Below are positions 14,920 to 29,177 of a stretch of DNA of 64,000 nt, piece by piece. Origin of the DNA: Octopus vulgaris. Its lineage: Eukaryota. The DNA lies in NCBI GenBank assembly GCA_951406725.2, contig OX597827.1:62806001-62870000 (forward strand), written 5' to 3'. The notes under the pieces were generated by a model. The model worked only from the letters and a program-made list of their open reading frames with translations. It was not told where the DNA came from and made no database searches. The first letter of the stretch is position 1, and the number at the start of each line of letters is the position of its first letter. The position numbers and the translations under genes were made by a program.

Positions 14920-15078
14920 GGGATTCTTTCAGTTTTCGACTACCAAATCCACTCACAAGGCTCTGGTTGGCCCTAGGCTATAGTAGAATCCACTTGCCCA
15001 AGGTGTAACACATTGGGTGTGAACCCGGAATCATGTGGTTCGTAAGCAAGCTACTTATCACACAGCCGCTCCTGTGCT
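14627..15078 (-). mobile_element. SINE family A
   Basis: Full-length reverse-strand copy with internal (CA)/(TA) tract. Confidence 0.9.
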
Positions 15079-15317
15079 TATATTTGTAATCTGTTTATGT
15101 TTTGTGTCTATATTATTGGTTGAGATAGTAGTGTTTGGTGTTTGCTAATACTGCTGGTAAGAACGCTTATGTGAGATTTGATAATGTATTATTATTATTA
15201 TTATTATTTTGGGTGAAAGCGATGAGCTGGCAGAATCATTACAACACCGAACAAAATGCTTTGAGTACATACTTACATACATACACACATACATACATAC
15301 ATACATACATACATACA

Positions 15318-15388
<71 letters not shown>

Positions 15389-15389
15389 C

Positions 15390-15420
<31 letters not shown>

Positions 15421-15660
15421 TGTCAAGCAGGGGACAAACACACACACACACACATGCACACACACATGTATATATATATACATACGACGGGCTTCTTTCA
15501 GTTTTTATCTACGAAATCCACTCACTAGGCTTTGGTCGGCCTGAGGCTAAAGTAGAAGACACTTGCATAAGGTGCCACGAAGCCATGCCTGCACCTATAA
15601 ATTTATATATACATATGCATATATACACATGCATATATATAAATACAGGCACACATACCA

Positions 15661-15710
<50 letters not shown>

Positions 15711-15871
15711 GTAAGTATGTTCTCAAATCAAATTCCGCTGACTTCGACTTTCCCTTTCATCGTTTCGAGGTCCATACACATACACACATGATGCTTGACA
15801 ATAACTGTCGGTTTGTTTAGGTCCCTATCACATTGCGGTTCAGCAAAAAAAAAACTCTATCGAATAACTAA

Positions 15872-16440
15872 CAGCAGAATTTGAAGCAATTCAGAGAAGC
15901 TACACAAAGAAGATCGTCTCAATGCAAAATATCAGCTACTGGGAAAGACTGAAAGTATTAAACCTCCTCTCCCTAGAGCGGAGGCGGGAGAGATATGCGG
16001 TGATATACATCTGGAAAATCCTGGAGGGCCTTGTCACAAACTTTGGCATTCAAAGTTACCCCAACCGCAGAACGGAGCGCCACTGCATGGTGTCAAAGAT
16101 TCCAACATCACCATCAAAATACAGGACAAGATACTGCAACAGCTTTGGTTTCAGAGGACCACAGCTCTTTAACATCCTCCCTAAATGCCTGAGAGACTTA
16201 CATGGTGTGGATGTGGATTTCTTTAAAACTAAACTATATCTCTTCTTGTCGGGAGTCCCAGATGAACCTACCTCACGACAGGAAACGCAGATGCGGGCAG
16301 CAACATCGAACTCCCTTGTTGATCAAGTGCCACGTATCAGAGGTGGATTCACATATTAGTGTAGCTCATTCAGCGGTGGTGCCCCAGCATGGCCGTGGCC
16401 TTCGGGCTAAAACATTTTAAAGGAATTTAAGGATTTTAAC
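15872..16440 (+). mobile_element. 5'-truncated CR1-group LINE (Zenon-like): ORF2 C-terminus and 3' UTR
   Basis: Translation EAIQRSYTKKI..SYWERLKVLNLLSLERRRER..WKILEG..RGPQLFNILPKCLR..FKTKL matches the CR1/L2 post-RT motifs (Y.ERL..L.L.SLE.RR; N.LP; FK..L). The element ends in a short (TTTAAGGA)-like repeat and is nested inside an old family A SINE. Confidence 0.85.
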
Positions 16441-16544
16441 TGTCATACGTTTTTCAAAATCACACAAAAAATGTACTTGTATCGATTTGTTTGACTAAAT
16501 CTTTCAAGGCTTTGCCCCAGTATGGTGCATTCCAATGACTGTTC

Positions 16545-16750
16545 TTTCTCGAGCCATGCCAGGCTCATAAGGTCCGGTTTCCCGGTTTCAGTGGCGTAGA
16601 AATTCCCCACCTGCCAACTGAGTGGACTGGAGCAACGTGAAATGAAGTGTTTTGCTCAAGAACACAACGCATCACCTGGTCCAAGAATCGAAACCACAAC
16701 CTTACGATCATGAGTTCAACACACTAACCACTAAACTACGGGCCTCCACA
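16545..16750 (-). mobile_element. SINE family C variant
   Basis: Shares its head and core with 6746 and its tail (ccggtttcccggtttc) with 47191. Confidence 0.8.
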
Positions 16751-16765
16751 AATGTTATATATATA

Positions 16766-16840
<75 letters not shown>

Positions 16841-17754
16841 GGATATATATAGCTGAAAGCATCCCTCATGCTAATGCCACAAACAAAGAAGAACGGCACC
16901 TACGTATCATGCGTTTTGTGTTTTTTTTTCCTTTGCTTTGAGAGGAATGTGGCCGCCATTTTACAAAGGGCTTTCATAAATAAGTTTCTATCCTGCTGGC
17001 TTTGCTTAAGTTATTTGAAGTTAGTATTGTGACGCTATCGCTGTTGCTAATTATGTGTATAATTTTATATACTGCTAACTTTGTTTATGTTGCTCACAAA
17101 CGTTTGCCATTTAATATTTGTCTTTGATGAAATGTCTTTATTTCCTTGTTTAAAATGTTTTATGTTGGCATTTATTTGTTTCGTGTGTTATGTTAATGCG
17201 TTGAATTTCAGCTGGTTCCTACTTTTATGAGATTCGTTCATTTTTTTCAGTTATATAATGTGTCGCCTTTTTATGTGTTGCACTGTGGGATATAGTGTCT
17301 GGTAGCGTCTATAGTAGTTGTCTCTTTCTCTATATGTGTGTGTTTATATATTAATATATTGTTTTTATTCTTTCTTTTATTCTTTTATTTGTTTCAGTCA
17401 TTTGACTGCAGTCATGCTGGAGCACCGCCTTTAGTCGAATATATATATATATGAAATATAACAATGAAATCGACTTACCCCTTAGCCCTAAATTGCTGAC
17501 CTTGTGCCAAAATTTGATACCAATATTAGATTACTTGAAGGCAGGGATTTGGCAGGATTGATGGCACGCCGGCCAAAATGCTTAGTAACATTTCCTCCAT
17601 GTTATGTCCTGAGTTCAAATTCCACCCTGATCAACTTTGCTTTTCATCTTTCAAGATCGATAAAATGGCTACCAGTTGCGAACCAGGGTCGCGGCAATCG
17701 ACTTTATCCTCCCTCGACGTTTCTGGCCTTGTGCCAAAGTTTGAAACCAATATT

Positions 17755-18162
17755 TCTTATTTTTTTATTGCCCACAAGGGGCCAAACATAGAGGAGACAA
17801 ACAAGGACAGACAAAGAGATTAAGTCGATTACATCGACCCCAGTGCGTAACTGATACTTATTTAATCGACCCCGACAGGATAAAGGCAAAGTCGACCTCG
17901 GCGGAATTTGAACTCAGAACGTAGCGGCAGATGAAATACATATTTCTTTACTACCCACAAGGGGCTAAACACAGAGAGGACAAACAAGGACAAACAAACG
18001 GATTAAATCGATTATATCGACCCGAGTGTGTAACTGGTACTTAATTTATTGATCCCGAAAGGATGGAAGGCGAAGTCTACCTCGTCGGAATTTGAAGTCA
18101 GAACGTAGCGGCAGACGAAATACCGTTAAGTATTTTGCCAGGCGTGCTAACGATTCTGCCAG
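17755..18162 (-). mobile_element. SINE family B dimer
   Basis: Two B bodies joined at gaaatac|atatttc (~17940), the same junction as at other multimers. Confidence 0.9.
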
Positions 18163-18786
18163 CTGTTTAAAAGATCCTTTTAAATTTTTATAATAAAATA
18201 TCGTTAGAAATTGTATTAAAGATATTGCTCAAGAACATTTTGTATATCGAAGATATATTGCCAATTGATTGGACATAAATTTCAACAACAATATCTTACG
18301 TGGACCCACGAGTGTCATATGTACCCCAGGTGAGAACCATTGATGTGGATGTTCACACGTTGATTTCGCAGCTCTATTGTTGGCGATGCTTATATTGGTG
18401 TCAAGAATAATAAAGTTGGTTAGTATTGTGTAACGGTAGAGTGTGGGATAGCGCTGTCAGTTTTTAAAGGTGTACAATAGCATGATATTGACTTGGCATG
18501 GTGTTCTGTTGGCATAATATTGTGGTTTAATATATATTGTGCTATCATCGCAAAATATTGTGATAGACATGTCTGAGAGGTTTGAATGTGTTTCCGCTTA
18601 TAAATACATACACACATACATACATACATACATACATACATACATACATACATACATACATACATACATACATACATACATACATACATACATGTGTATC
18701 CGTGTGTATATGTGTTTGTACGTGAATGTGTGTACGTATGTGTGTATGTATATATATATGTATACACACACATGCACACATGCGTG

Positions 18787-18838
<52 letters not shown>

Positions 18839-19146
18839 CAAACACATATATATCTATGTATATATATATATATATATGTGTATGTGTAAACAAATGTCTC
18901 TATATATACATATATATATATGTACACATACATACATACATACATACATACTTGTACGTGCCTGCATGTGTCAGCGTGTATGTATTTATGTATATACATT
19001 ATACATGTATATACATGTATATGTTGTATGTGTGTATATACATACATGTAACTATGTGTGTATTTGTATGAGTATACCTATATAAATACATACAAACATA
19101 CATACATACAAACATGCATATATGTATACATACATACATACATACA

Positions 19147-19180
<34 letters not shown>

Positions 19181-19665
19181 CATACATACATACATACATA
19201 CATACATACATACATACATACATAGCACACGTACATACAGAGACTAAGAGTCAGAGATGTATAGAAATAGAAAGCGACTGAGAAACATGATAGCCACAGT
19301 GAGAAATATGGTCAAGCGGACACACATGTGAGGTAAGATGAGAAAACTAAATTCAACGAGACAAAGAAATACCAATATGCCCGAGATAGTGGAGGTGTTG
19401 GTAGTGATGGTGGTGGTGGTGGTGCTGGTGGAGATAAGTGGCGATCTTGTCTTTGGTGTTGTTGTTATTGTTGGAAGTGATGGTGGTGGGGAACGAAGTT
19501 TGAATAAACTGAATATTTAACGCGTGTAACATCAAGAAGTGTCCAGTAGTTGACCGTAAGAGGAAGACACGAGTACGAAATATGAATATGGAGCGTGAAC
19601 GGACATATTGAAGATGTAATAGACTGTGAACTAAACGTAAATATCCATATAATGTGTGTGTATAT

Positions 19666-19720
<55 letters not shown>

Positions 19721-19887
19721 CATATACATATTCATATATATATATATATACATATTCATAGATATACAGCATATATATATACGCAGATACATATTTATTC
19801 ATACACACACACATATATATATACATATATATATACAGAGAGAGAGAGTAAAGTGATATGCATGCAAATATTCAGACATGCGCACAC

Positions 19888-19951
<64 letters not shown>

Positions 19952-20904
19952 GTATGTATGTATATATATATGTATATAATATATATATATACATACATAC
20001 ATGCATACATACATTTACCTGTCCATACATATATATGTAATGGGACAGAGCGAGAAAGCAAAGCCGCGGAAGAGAGAGAGAGAGAGAGAGAGAGAAAGAA
20101 AAGAAGGTACAGGAAGACGGAGAGAGAGTGGCACAAACGTATTGTCAGTGAGTGAGATTGAGGTGAGGTAATAGAGGGTAAAGTCGCAATATATAAAAAA
20201 AGCTCATGATTTAATGAGTACGTGGGAAGAAAAGAGGGAGTGACAGAATATGGGAGAGGGAGAGAGAGAGAGAGTGAGAAATAGAAAGAGAGAGAGAGAC
20301 TGTCTGGAGATAGAAAGGAAGGAAGACACACGGAGATGCTGCGTAAATATGGCGCGTAGAGAATTATACGCAGGGACAGGTGATGGATGAAGCGGGAAAT
20401 TGGACGAAATGAGATTGTTTGAGATAGATGGCGGACTGGAAGCGAATAGGCGACGTAGTAAACGATCGGATGGTGTCGGGGGGTGGGGGTGTGGAGGCAT
20501 AAGATCTGTGATCAGTCTTTATGTCATTAGTGATTAGTGGACGTTATTCGATCAGACAGATCGGTTATACTAACTAGTATACCAGGTCAGCTATGAAATG
20601 ATTGATAATCGAAGAGATAAATCAATATGCATTTACACGTAGGTGCGGCGTGCGTACGTACATACACATACCATACAACACATTCATACAAACATAGGCA
20701 CGCACACATCCATACATACATACACACACTTTTATACAAACGTACTTACGTACATTTATTCATTCATTGAACCATACATGCATACATACATACACGCATG
20801 CATACAGACATACATACATACATGTGTGCATGTGTATGCGTTAAGAGAAAGAAGGGAGAAATAGAGAATTAGTTTTCAAAGAGTTACATATACTCTTTTT
20901 TCTC

Positions 20905-21119
20905 TGTTTTACTCTCTTTTACTCTTTTACTTGTTTCAGTTATTTGACTGCAGCCATGCTGGAGCACCGCCTTTAGTCGCTCAAAATGACCCTAGGACTT
21001 ATTCTTTGTAAGCCTAGTACTTATTCTACCGGTCTCTTTTGCCGAACCGCTAAGTTACGGGGATGTAAACACACCAGCATCGGTTGTCAAGCGACGTTGG
21101 GGGGACAAACACAGTCGCA

Positions 21120-21171
<52 letters not shown>

Positions 21172-21335
21172 CGCGGGGCTTCTATCAGTTTCCGTCTACT
21201 AAATCCACTCACGAAGATTTGGTCGGCCCGAGGCTATAGCAAAAGACACTTGTCCAAGGTGCCACGCAGTAGGACCGAACACGGAACCATGTGGTTCGTA
21301 AGCAAGCTACTTACCACACATCCACTCTTTTCCTA
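20905..21335 (-). mobile_element. SINE family A
   Basis: Full-length reverse-strand copy. Confidence 0.9.
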
Positions 21336-21825
21336 CATAAAGCACAGAAATTATGTGTTTATACATAGATACATATGTGTGTGTGTGTGTGTAGTCGATT
21401 CAAATACACGATTAAAAAACAGAAAACACGAGGACATGCATAAGAAATGCATTATCTTGAAGCTCGGTGAAAGAGGAGAGTGTGACGTTTCGAGTAAGAC
21501 TCTTCGTGTGTAGGATAAAGGGAAAAATCCATAGAACGAAAGAAAATCGCCAACGGTACACCTGTAGTTACATTTCTTGTATGTATGCACGGATATAATG
21601 ATAACTAAGCTTTAATATAAATCGTTATAAACACCAAACTGCCACATAGATATGAGAGGTGATCGGTTAGAGATGGAATCTCGTATCTCATGTATATTCC
21701 ATATCTGCCTTAGCTTACATCACGAACCTTCACTAGCATTGCATTTGTTTCACCCAGCCCACTCTACCACCATATAGGCTGCATTTAGAGTATTACTCTA
21801 CAGTCGTGACCAAAAGTTTATAACA

Positions 21826-21990
21826 GGTGTAGGAGTGGCTGTGTGGTAACTATCTTGCTTACGAACCAAATGGTTCCGGGTTCAATCCCACTGCGTGACA
21901 CCTTGGGGAAGTGTCTTCTGCTATAGCCTCGGGCCGTCCAAAGCCTTGTCAGTGGATTTGGTAGACGGAATCTGAAAGAAGCCCGTCGTA

Positions 21991-22026
<36 letters not shown>

Positions 22027-22240
22027 TGTATGTATGTATGTATGTATGTATGTTTGTGTATATGTTTGTGTGTCTGATTTGTCCCCACAAACATCGCTTG
22101 ACAACCGATGCTGGTGTGTTTACGTCCCCTTAATTTAGCGGTTCGGCAAAAGAGACCGATAGAGTAAGTACTAGGCTTACGAAGAATAAGGCGGTGCACC
22201 GGCATGGCCACAGGCAAATGATTGAAACAAATAAAAGTGT
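21826..22240 (+). mobile_element. SINE family A
   Basis: Near full-length copy with internal (TATG)n. Confidence 0.9.
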
Positions 22241-22756
22241 AAAAAAATAGAGAGTAACACTTTAAAAAAATTAATATTGTTATGCTCAAGTACAATTCGA
22301 TTCAAATATATATATCCACAGAACGTAAAGATATAATTAATTAATAACTGATCCAATGGTTCAATATCTAGAGAAAAATTGCTGATTTATGTTCCAATCT
22401 TTTAGCCACGAACGTATATTTTAGCTTCGTTATGACTTTATATTTGACCTAATTAGATGCATCTACACACACGCATTCATACATAAATACATATGTGTAT
22501 GTGTATATTTAACCCTGGATTCAATAACACTGTGTATAAACTCTATACTTGGAATGACCAATTTTAAATTCTATTGGATTTTACTCATAAGGTATTGGAA
22601 TATTATATTATACCATTCTGCCTACTAAAATGGATCTAAAATCTACAAATACAATATCCCTACATATCTCACATCTATTTTCTTTTATTTTTTCCACCAC
22701 ACTCTCTATTTTATATCTTATCTAAATTAACTATTTCTTAACTATCCTCTCACACC

Positions 22757-22804
22757 GTCTCCAATGAAAGGATATAGTAAATATCCTGGAAACAGCTGTA
22801 AGAC
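22757..22804 (+). ncRNA. Type I hammerhead motif with mutated core
   Basis: Stem I gtct/agac, core CCAATGA (vs CUGANGA), stem II aggatat/atatcct, GAAA, palindromic stem III ACAGCTGT, GUA triplet. Confidence 0.65.
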
Positions 22805-22868
22805 ATTCTATCTATAAATATCCTAAAATTTACACAGCCTTGTTTTTTTTATCTCATTACGAAATAAA

Positions 22869-22920
<52 letters not shown>

Positions 22921-24962
22921 AGGGTTGAACAAACAGAACACAACAAGGAGAAAAAGTTAGACGAAAGTAGCGCAAACGGAAAACTAGAAGAAAACTTAAT
23001 GGACGGGAAATATAAACAAAGACACGATACAAGGAATAATCGCAGTTGAATTTTCCTTGTCAGTCTATCAGTCAAAATATTATAGTGGTTTCACGCCATT
23101 ATCGTTGAGATCGCCCAATCTTGGATGCGCCAGTGCTGTTATTAAGCTAGCGGGAAAAAGCTTGTGTGACAGAAACAAACAAGACATTATATAATTACCT
23201 CAGGCGAAGAATTATGCATATATAGCAGCACAAAGCCTTACGGCTATATACAGCAGAAGGAGAAAAAATAATAAATATACAAATACCATAAATACAGCAG
23301 GAAGAGTTTTGCAGCTATTGAACGAAATTAGTGGGGTTGTGTAAGATGAAATGCAGTAAGTCCTAATGGACGTAGCAGAGGCCCAAACCAGCATGACCAG
23401 TCTGGTCAAAGGTAGGGCGAAAAAAAAAAAAACACCATTTTCAACGGATACCGGTCAGGTGGTAGGGAAGAAGTAGAGAAGGAAAGAATGGGATATATAT
23501 ATAGAGAGAGAGCGAAGTAGCTGAGGGAGTGGAGAAACAGAGTGAAAGAGAGAGAAGAGAAAGGTACAAGAGAGGCATTCAAGGGTAAAAGTGGAGAAAA
23601 TGATAGAATAAGAGGTGGAGAGAGGTATATTAAGAGGGAAAGAGAGGGACAGAAAGAGAGTGAACTGCTCCGTGAACAGGGATTAATCTTCTCTCTTCGC
23701 TCCTTTGCCCCACATGGGCTCAACTCTCCTTCCCTCTTCATCTAACCTCATCCCCTCTCCACACTTCCTCTCACAACTACTTCATCCCACTCACCTCTCC
23801 TCTCTTGCTCCGACTCCTATCTTCTCTTCACTCCTACCCGCTTTCTCCCTTCCTCCTTTCCCTTCATAGTCACACCTCCCTTGTAACCCCACCCCACACA
23901 ATCCAACTCCACTTTCCCCAGCGTAGGCTCGAAGCGTTAAAGAGGTTTTTAACGTCCCGAGCGTTAAACTAATACATATGTTTGTTGTCTACACTACCTG
24001 TCTTCGTCTTTCGTTTTTTATTTTTGTTAATTCTCTCCCTATATATATATTTTTTTCGTAAACTCTCCCTATATATATAGAGACACACACATACATATAT
24101 ACGTATGTGCGTGCATGGATTATGTATTTACGTATGTATGTATGTATGTATATGATGTGTATGTGAGTATTTATGAGTCATTGTGTGTATGATTTTTTGT
24201 GTGTATGTTTGTTCGTATTCACAAACGACAAAGGAAACACCCACAAAACAATATCCTGCTTTCACCATCTCACTGCGAGGAATTGTATAACATTTATTTC
24301 ACAAAACAGCTCACAGATGTCCCCAAAAAGAAACCCTACACACACACACTCTCTCTCTCAAAAACGAATACGTATAAGAACAAAGTTGAAATGTACTTTT
24401 TATCAGTCCATTTTCATGCTTTTTTCTTTCTTTTTGCCCCTTTATTCTTGTTTGTCTTCTTGTAGAATTGTGCAATAGTAAAATACATAGAGCTGGAGAT
24501 AGGTATGAAAAAATCCATAGTTAGAAGATGGTAATGGTGGTGACGGGGTAATACATTTTCCTGATGTCAATCTCTGTATTTTCGTCCTCCTTTGCATTTA
24601 CTTGCACCATTCTATCTTTTTCTCTGTCTCTGTCTGTCTGTCTCTCTGTCTGTCTGTCTCTCTATTTCTCTGTATCACTAAATATAAGGTGATGACACAC
24701 ATGTTACGTTTCTATAAGGTGAAACTTCTTTCAGCTTCGCTTTAAACTTTCTATCTTTTTTCTCCCCGCCTACCTCTCTCTCTCTCTGGCATAGTTGAAA
24801 AGACATAGACAGATACATGATTGCTGCATAGACAAAGAGAGACAGATTTAAAGAAAGAGAGAGAGAGAGAGGGGAGAGAGGAAGAGAGTGGTAGAGAGAA
24901 AGCAATCGAGTACTCAAGATCTTGGTGATGGTTCAAAAACTGGATCAAAAGATAACAACGGT

Positions 24963-25330
24963 CTTACACGAACCACATGGTTCCATGTTCAGTTCCACTA
25001 CGTTGCACATTGAGCAAGTCTCTTCTTCTATAGCCTCGGGCCGACCAAATCTTTGTGAGCGGATTTGGTAGACGGAAACTGAAAGAAGCCCATCGTATAT
25101 ATGTATATATGTGCGTGTGTGTGTGTGTGCCTTTGTGCGTGTGTGTGTGTATATATATGTTTGTGTATCTGTGTTTGTGACCCCAACATCGCTTGACAAC
25201 CGATGCTGGTGTGTTTACATCCCTGTAACTTAGTGATTCGAGAAAATAGACCGATGGAATATGTAGTAGGCTTACTAAGAATAAGTCCATGGTCACAGTC
25301 AAATGACTGAAAGGAGTAAAAGAGTAAAAA
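24963..25330 (+). mobile_element. SINE family A (5'-truncated)
   Basis: Family A body and tail. Confidence 0.85.
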
Positions 25331-25639
25331 CAAAAGAGAGTAAGCAAATGCAGATTTTCTCCAATTACTCAAAGCAATCCGTATTGAAAACGCATTCCTT
25401 CATTCTAAAATTGAATAACATGCCGAAATACATTAAGAAAATATCGATCTCCAAATTCTTAATGATCTGTAACTAGCATGATTCCAAAGGTCAGTTATCG
25501 ATCCATTCTGCTTACAGGAGTTAGACGAAATAACGGTAAAATATTGTTAGTGGAAATGTTATTATTAAATACGGAGTTTGTCCACTGTAAGACGTCAAGA
25601 AATTGACTCGCACCGGTTCTGATCGGTTGTTATGGGAAT

Positions 25640-26190
25640 TTTAAGACCTTCCCCAAGGAAGGAGATGATGGCAGAAAGAAGAGACTCTTCATATACCGTT
25701 CTAGATGGCGTCATAAATGTTCCATTATATGAAGACCCACAAATTCTGAAGGCCATTAGAGGTGATCTGCATTTTGTTCCCTTCATAGCGATTTTGAATA
25801 GCATTAGCCGTGTGAATTGGTACATTGTTATCTTAAAAGATTGCACTACTATCACGGAAAAATGTTTGCACCATTGGGTGAACATGATTACTCAAGGTAC
25901 TCAGATAATCCTTGGCGTTAAGTCTTCTATGAAGAACAACTAAAGAACTAAGAAAATTCTTTGATGTAACTAACCAAATCATTACAAAATCATCTACATG
26001 GTTCCCGGTATGGGCCAGACCGTTACACTTGGAGGCTTCTTAGGCATAAATTCAACCCAAATTGGGGAAATAGGGTGAATGATAATTCCTCTGAAAATAT
26101 GATATTTAGCTATTGCCCACTTCTGATAGCCTAAATACCATGTTTTCCGCTTATTAATGTTGATGGGTGACAAAAGCAGTTTAGTTCTCC
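25640..26190 (-). pseudogene. Decayed Tc1-like transposase
   Basis: Minus-frame translation ...RLNAKDYLSTLSNHVHPMVQTFFRDSSAIF*DNNVPIHTANAIQ...*WPSEFVGLHIMEHL*RHLER resembles Tc1 FQ.DNAP.HTA and WP.QSPDLNIIEHLW; it has stops and frameshifts. Confidence 0.75.
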
Positions 26191-26344
26191 ATAATCATAT
26201 CCAACAAAAACGACATTGCTAAGCAGCCACTGAAAAAGCAAAATACATATCCCCAAGCCACGACTATAACCGGAAAAGAGTTACACTCGGTGTTTGATAG
26301 GATATGAATGATGTGGTCAGTATTGAGGTGCTTAACTAAAATGA

Positions 26345-27160
26345 AACACTTGTTGCAGAGAAGTATTGTCGTCAATTGGAAGCAGTGCATAAAAATTTAC
26401 AGATAAAGTATCCTTCATTGATCAGATAGGCGCAGGAGTGGCTGTGTGGTAAGTAGCTTGCTTACTAACCACATGGTTCCGGGTTCAGTCCCACTGCGTG
26501 GCACCTTGGGCGAGTGTCTTCTACTATAGCCTCGGGCAGACCAAAGCCTTGTGAATGGATTTGGTAGACGGAAACTGAAAGAAGGCCGTCGTATATATGT
26601 GTGTATATATGTATGTGCGTGTGTATGTGTTCCCTCCCCCACCAAACATCGCTTGACAACCGATGCTGGTGTGTTTACGTCCCCATAACTTAGCGGTTCA
26701 GCAAAATAGTCGATAGAATAAGTACTAGGCTTCCAAAGGCGGTGCTCCAGCATGGCCGCAGTCAAATGACTGAAAGAAGTAAAAGATTTTTTAAAAAGTC
26801 ATAAGGGGATGTTGCTCTTATATCCGATAATGTAAGAACACATATTTCCCAAGTCACCTAGGAAAAGATTATGACACAAAATACGGACGTTTTGCCTCAA
26901 ACTGCTTACTCTCTTGACCTTGCTCATTGCAAAGTTATTTAGAAAGAAAATAATTAATTAATTGTGAAAAGATTACAAATGATAATGAATGTTTCTTTGC
27001 TTCGAAACCTGAAGAATTCTTCGCTAAGTGGATCAACATTTTGTCAAATAGATAGGATTATGGTATCAATAATGAAAGGAAATATTATCTTCATTAAATA
27101 TACCAAAGACGCATTTCTTTCCAATCTTGAAATTCAACAGGACTTTCTTTCCCAACTAAT
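26345..27160 (+). pseudogene. Decayed mariner transposase 3' half and right TIR, interrupted by a SINE
   Basis: AEKYCRQLEAVHKNLQIKYPSLI | ...DNVRTHISQVT*EKI...DVLPQTAYSLDLA resembles mariner HDNARPH and HPPYSPDLAP; ends in ctttctttcccaactaaTA, like a mariner TIR. Confidence 0.75.
26428..26786 (+). mobile_element. SINE family A inserted in the mariner remnant
   Basis: Intact head ggcgcaggagtggctgtgtggtaag and tail. Confidence 0.9.
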
Positions 27161-27175
27161 ATGTATTTATTTAAG

Positions 27176-27790
27176 GCGGTGAGCTGGCAGAGACGTTAGC
27201 ACGCCGGGTGAAATGCGTAGCGGTATTTCGTCTGTCGCTACGTTCTGAGTTCAAATTCCGCCGAGGTCGACTTTACCTTTCATCCTTTCGGGGTCGATTA
27301 AATAAGTACCAGTTACGCACTGGGGTCGATATAATCGACTTAATCCGTTTGTCTGTCCTTGTTTGTCCTCTCTGTGTTTAGCCCCTTGTGGGTAGCAAAG
27401 AAATAGGTATTTCGTCTGTCTTTACGTTTTGAGTTCAAATTCCGCCAAGGTCGACTTTGCCTTTAATCTTCTAGGGGTCGGTTAAATAAGTTCCAGTTAC
27501 GCAATAGGGTCGATATAATCAACTTAATCCGTTTGTCTGCCCTTGCTTGTCCTCTCTGTGTTTAACCCCTTGTGGGTAGTAAATAAAGAGGTATTTCGTC
27601 TGCCGTTACGTTCTGAGTTCAAATTCTACCGAGGTTGATTTTGCCTTTCATCCTGTATTCCGCCGAGGCCCACTTTGCGTTTCATCCTTTCGGGGTCGAT
27701 AAATTAAGTACCAGTTGCGTAATGGGGTCGATTTCATCGACTGACCCATCCCCTAAAATTTCGAGCCTTGTGCCTAGAGTAGAAAAGAAT
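27176..27790 (+). mobile_element. SINE family B multimer (full head plus headless units)
   Basis: Junctions aaatag|gtatttcgtc at ~27406 and ~27590. Confidence 0.9.
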
Positions 27791-28031
27791 ATGTATGTAT
27801 TTGTGTGTGTCTCTTTGTGTTTGACTCGAAAGTAGTATTGCTTTGTTTACGTTACCGTAACTTAGAAGATGGACAAAAGAGACCGATAGAATAAGTACCA
27901 GACTTAAGAATATAGACACTGGGGTTGAGTTGTTCGACAAAACCTTTCGAGACAATGCTCCAGAATGGCAGCAGTGCTAAGGCAAAAGCGGGGAAATGCG
28001 CATCGGCAAACACCTAGCCACCCAAAACACA

Positions 28032-28077
<46 letters not shown>

Positions 28078-28456
28078 ATATACGTTTTAAAATTATAGCA
28101 CGCTAAATCCGTACTTGTTTGAGTCTTGAAGATAAATTATGAAAAACAAGATAACTTCAATCAACGATGAAATGTCGAGTGTATTTGTTTATGCCACAAA
28201 TTCTTATAAAGTCAAGTGAACTGAGATTTCAGAAAAAAATAATTGCTAAATAAAATTAACTTTTAAAAAAAAAAAATTAAATCTAAGTTTCAATAAAATA
28301 ATTTACTTTGCTTCTTTGCAATGTAAAATGTAGTTCAGGATTTGTCAATTGCCATAGCAACATAACCTGTATTTATTATTATTTTGGTTTGATTTCTGTT
28401 CGGTCTTATTCCTGGCAGGATTTATGTGTGTAACGCGTTACTACTTGTAACCCTAG

Positions 28457-28518
<62 letters not shown>

Positions 28519-29030
28519 GAGTGAGAGAGCAGTGCATGCCATCAAAGTGACACTGGGGTAAAATATACGAAGCCCAGTATACCCATCATGACTACCCATC
28601 TGATAAGGATACACCAGGCACATGCATCACAACCATATGTGTGCGACATGGTGATCTCATATCAAGATAAACAGCGAATGACCTTGCAGGTGGGGCCCAG
28701 TTAGAATTTTCTTCTGGTTGAGTAGCCCATCCTGCTCAAATGGTCCCTGAATAAGGATTGTTTAAGGATGTTGAACGAAACACCCATGTTTCCAGAGTTG
28801 AATTATCAAAACCTCTAAGAATTCCTTTCAATACAGGGCTATGATGCTCCCCCACTACTTCTGATCACGATCAGAGATGCACAAATCGTCAGCCACTAAG
28901 GGACACGCTCAACTTTTATGGTCAAACAACTGACAAGCAAATCGGTGGTATTGAGCAGAGTATTTGCTGTAGCCCATCTTATATACCAAGACAAAACAAT
29001 GTACATGATGACACTGCCAATCAGTTAACA
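28519..29030 (-). mobile_element. Non-coding (TAA)n-anchored element (copies at 52592-53141 and 52378-52500)
   Basis: ~500 bp similar to 52592-53100; both start gagtgagagag immediately after a (TTA)n tract. Confidence 0.8.
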
Positions 29031-29120
29031 GCAAGCAGTCTAAGGTGACATTCGGTTACTGATCATGCTTCAAGAACCAGTAAAAATGTGTCACCTTAGT
29101 CTGTGGCTGTGGACAGCTGA

Positions 29121-29174
<54 letters not shown>

Positions 29175-29177
29175 CAA

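Noticed and set aside
16950-16962. YY1-like motif GCCGCCATTTT
   Set aside because: A single short motif is not evidence of a regulatory element.
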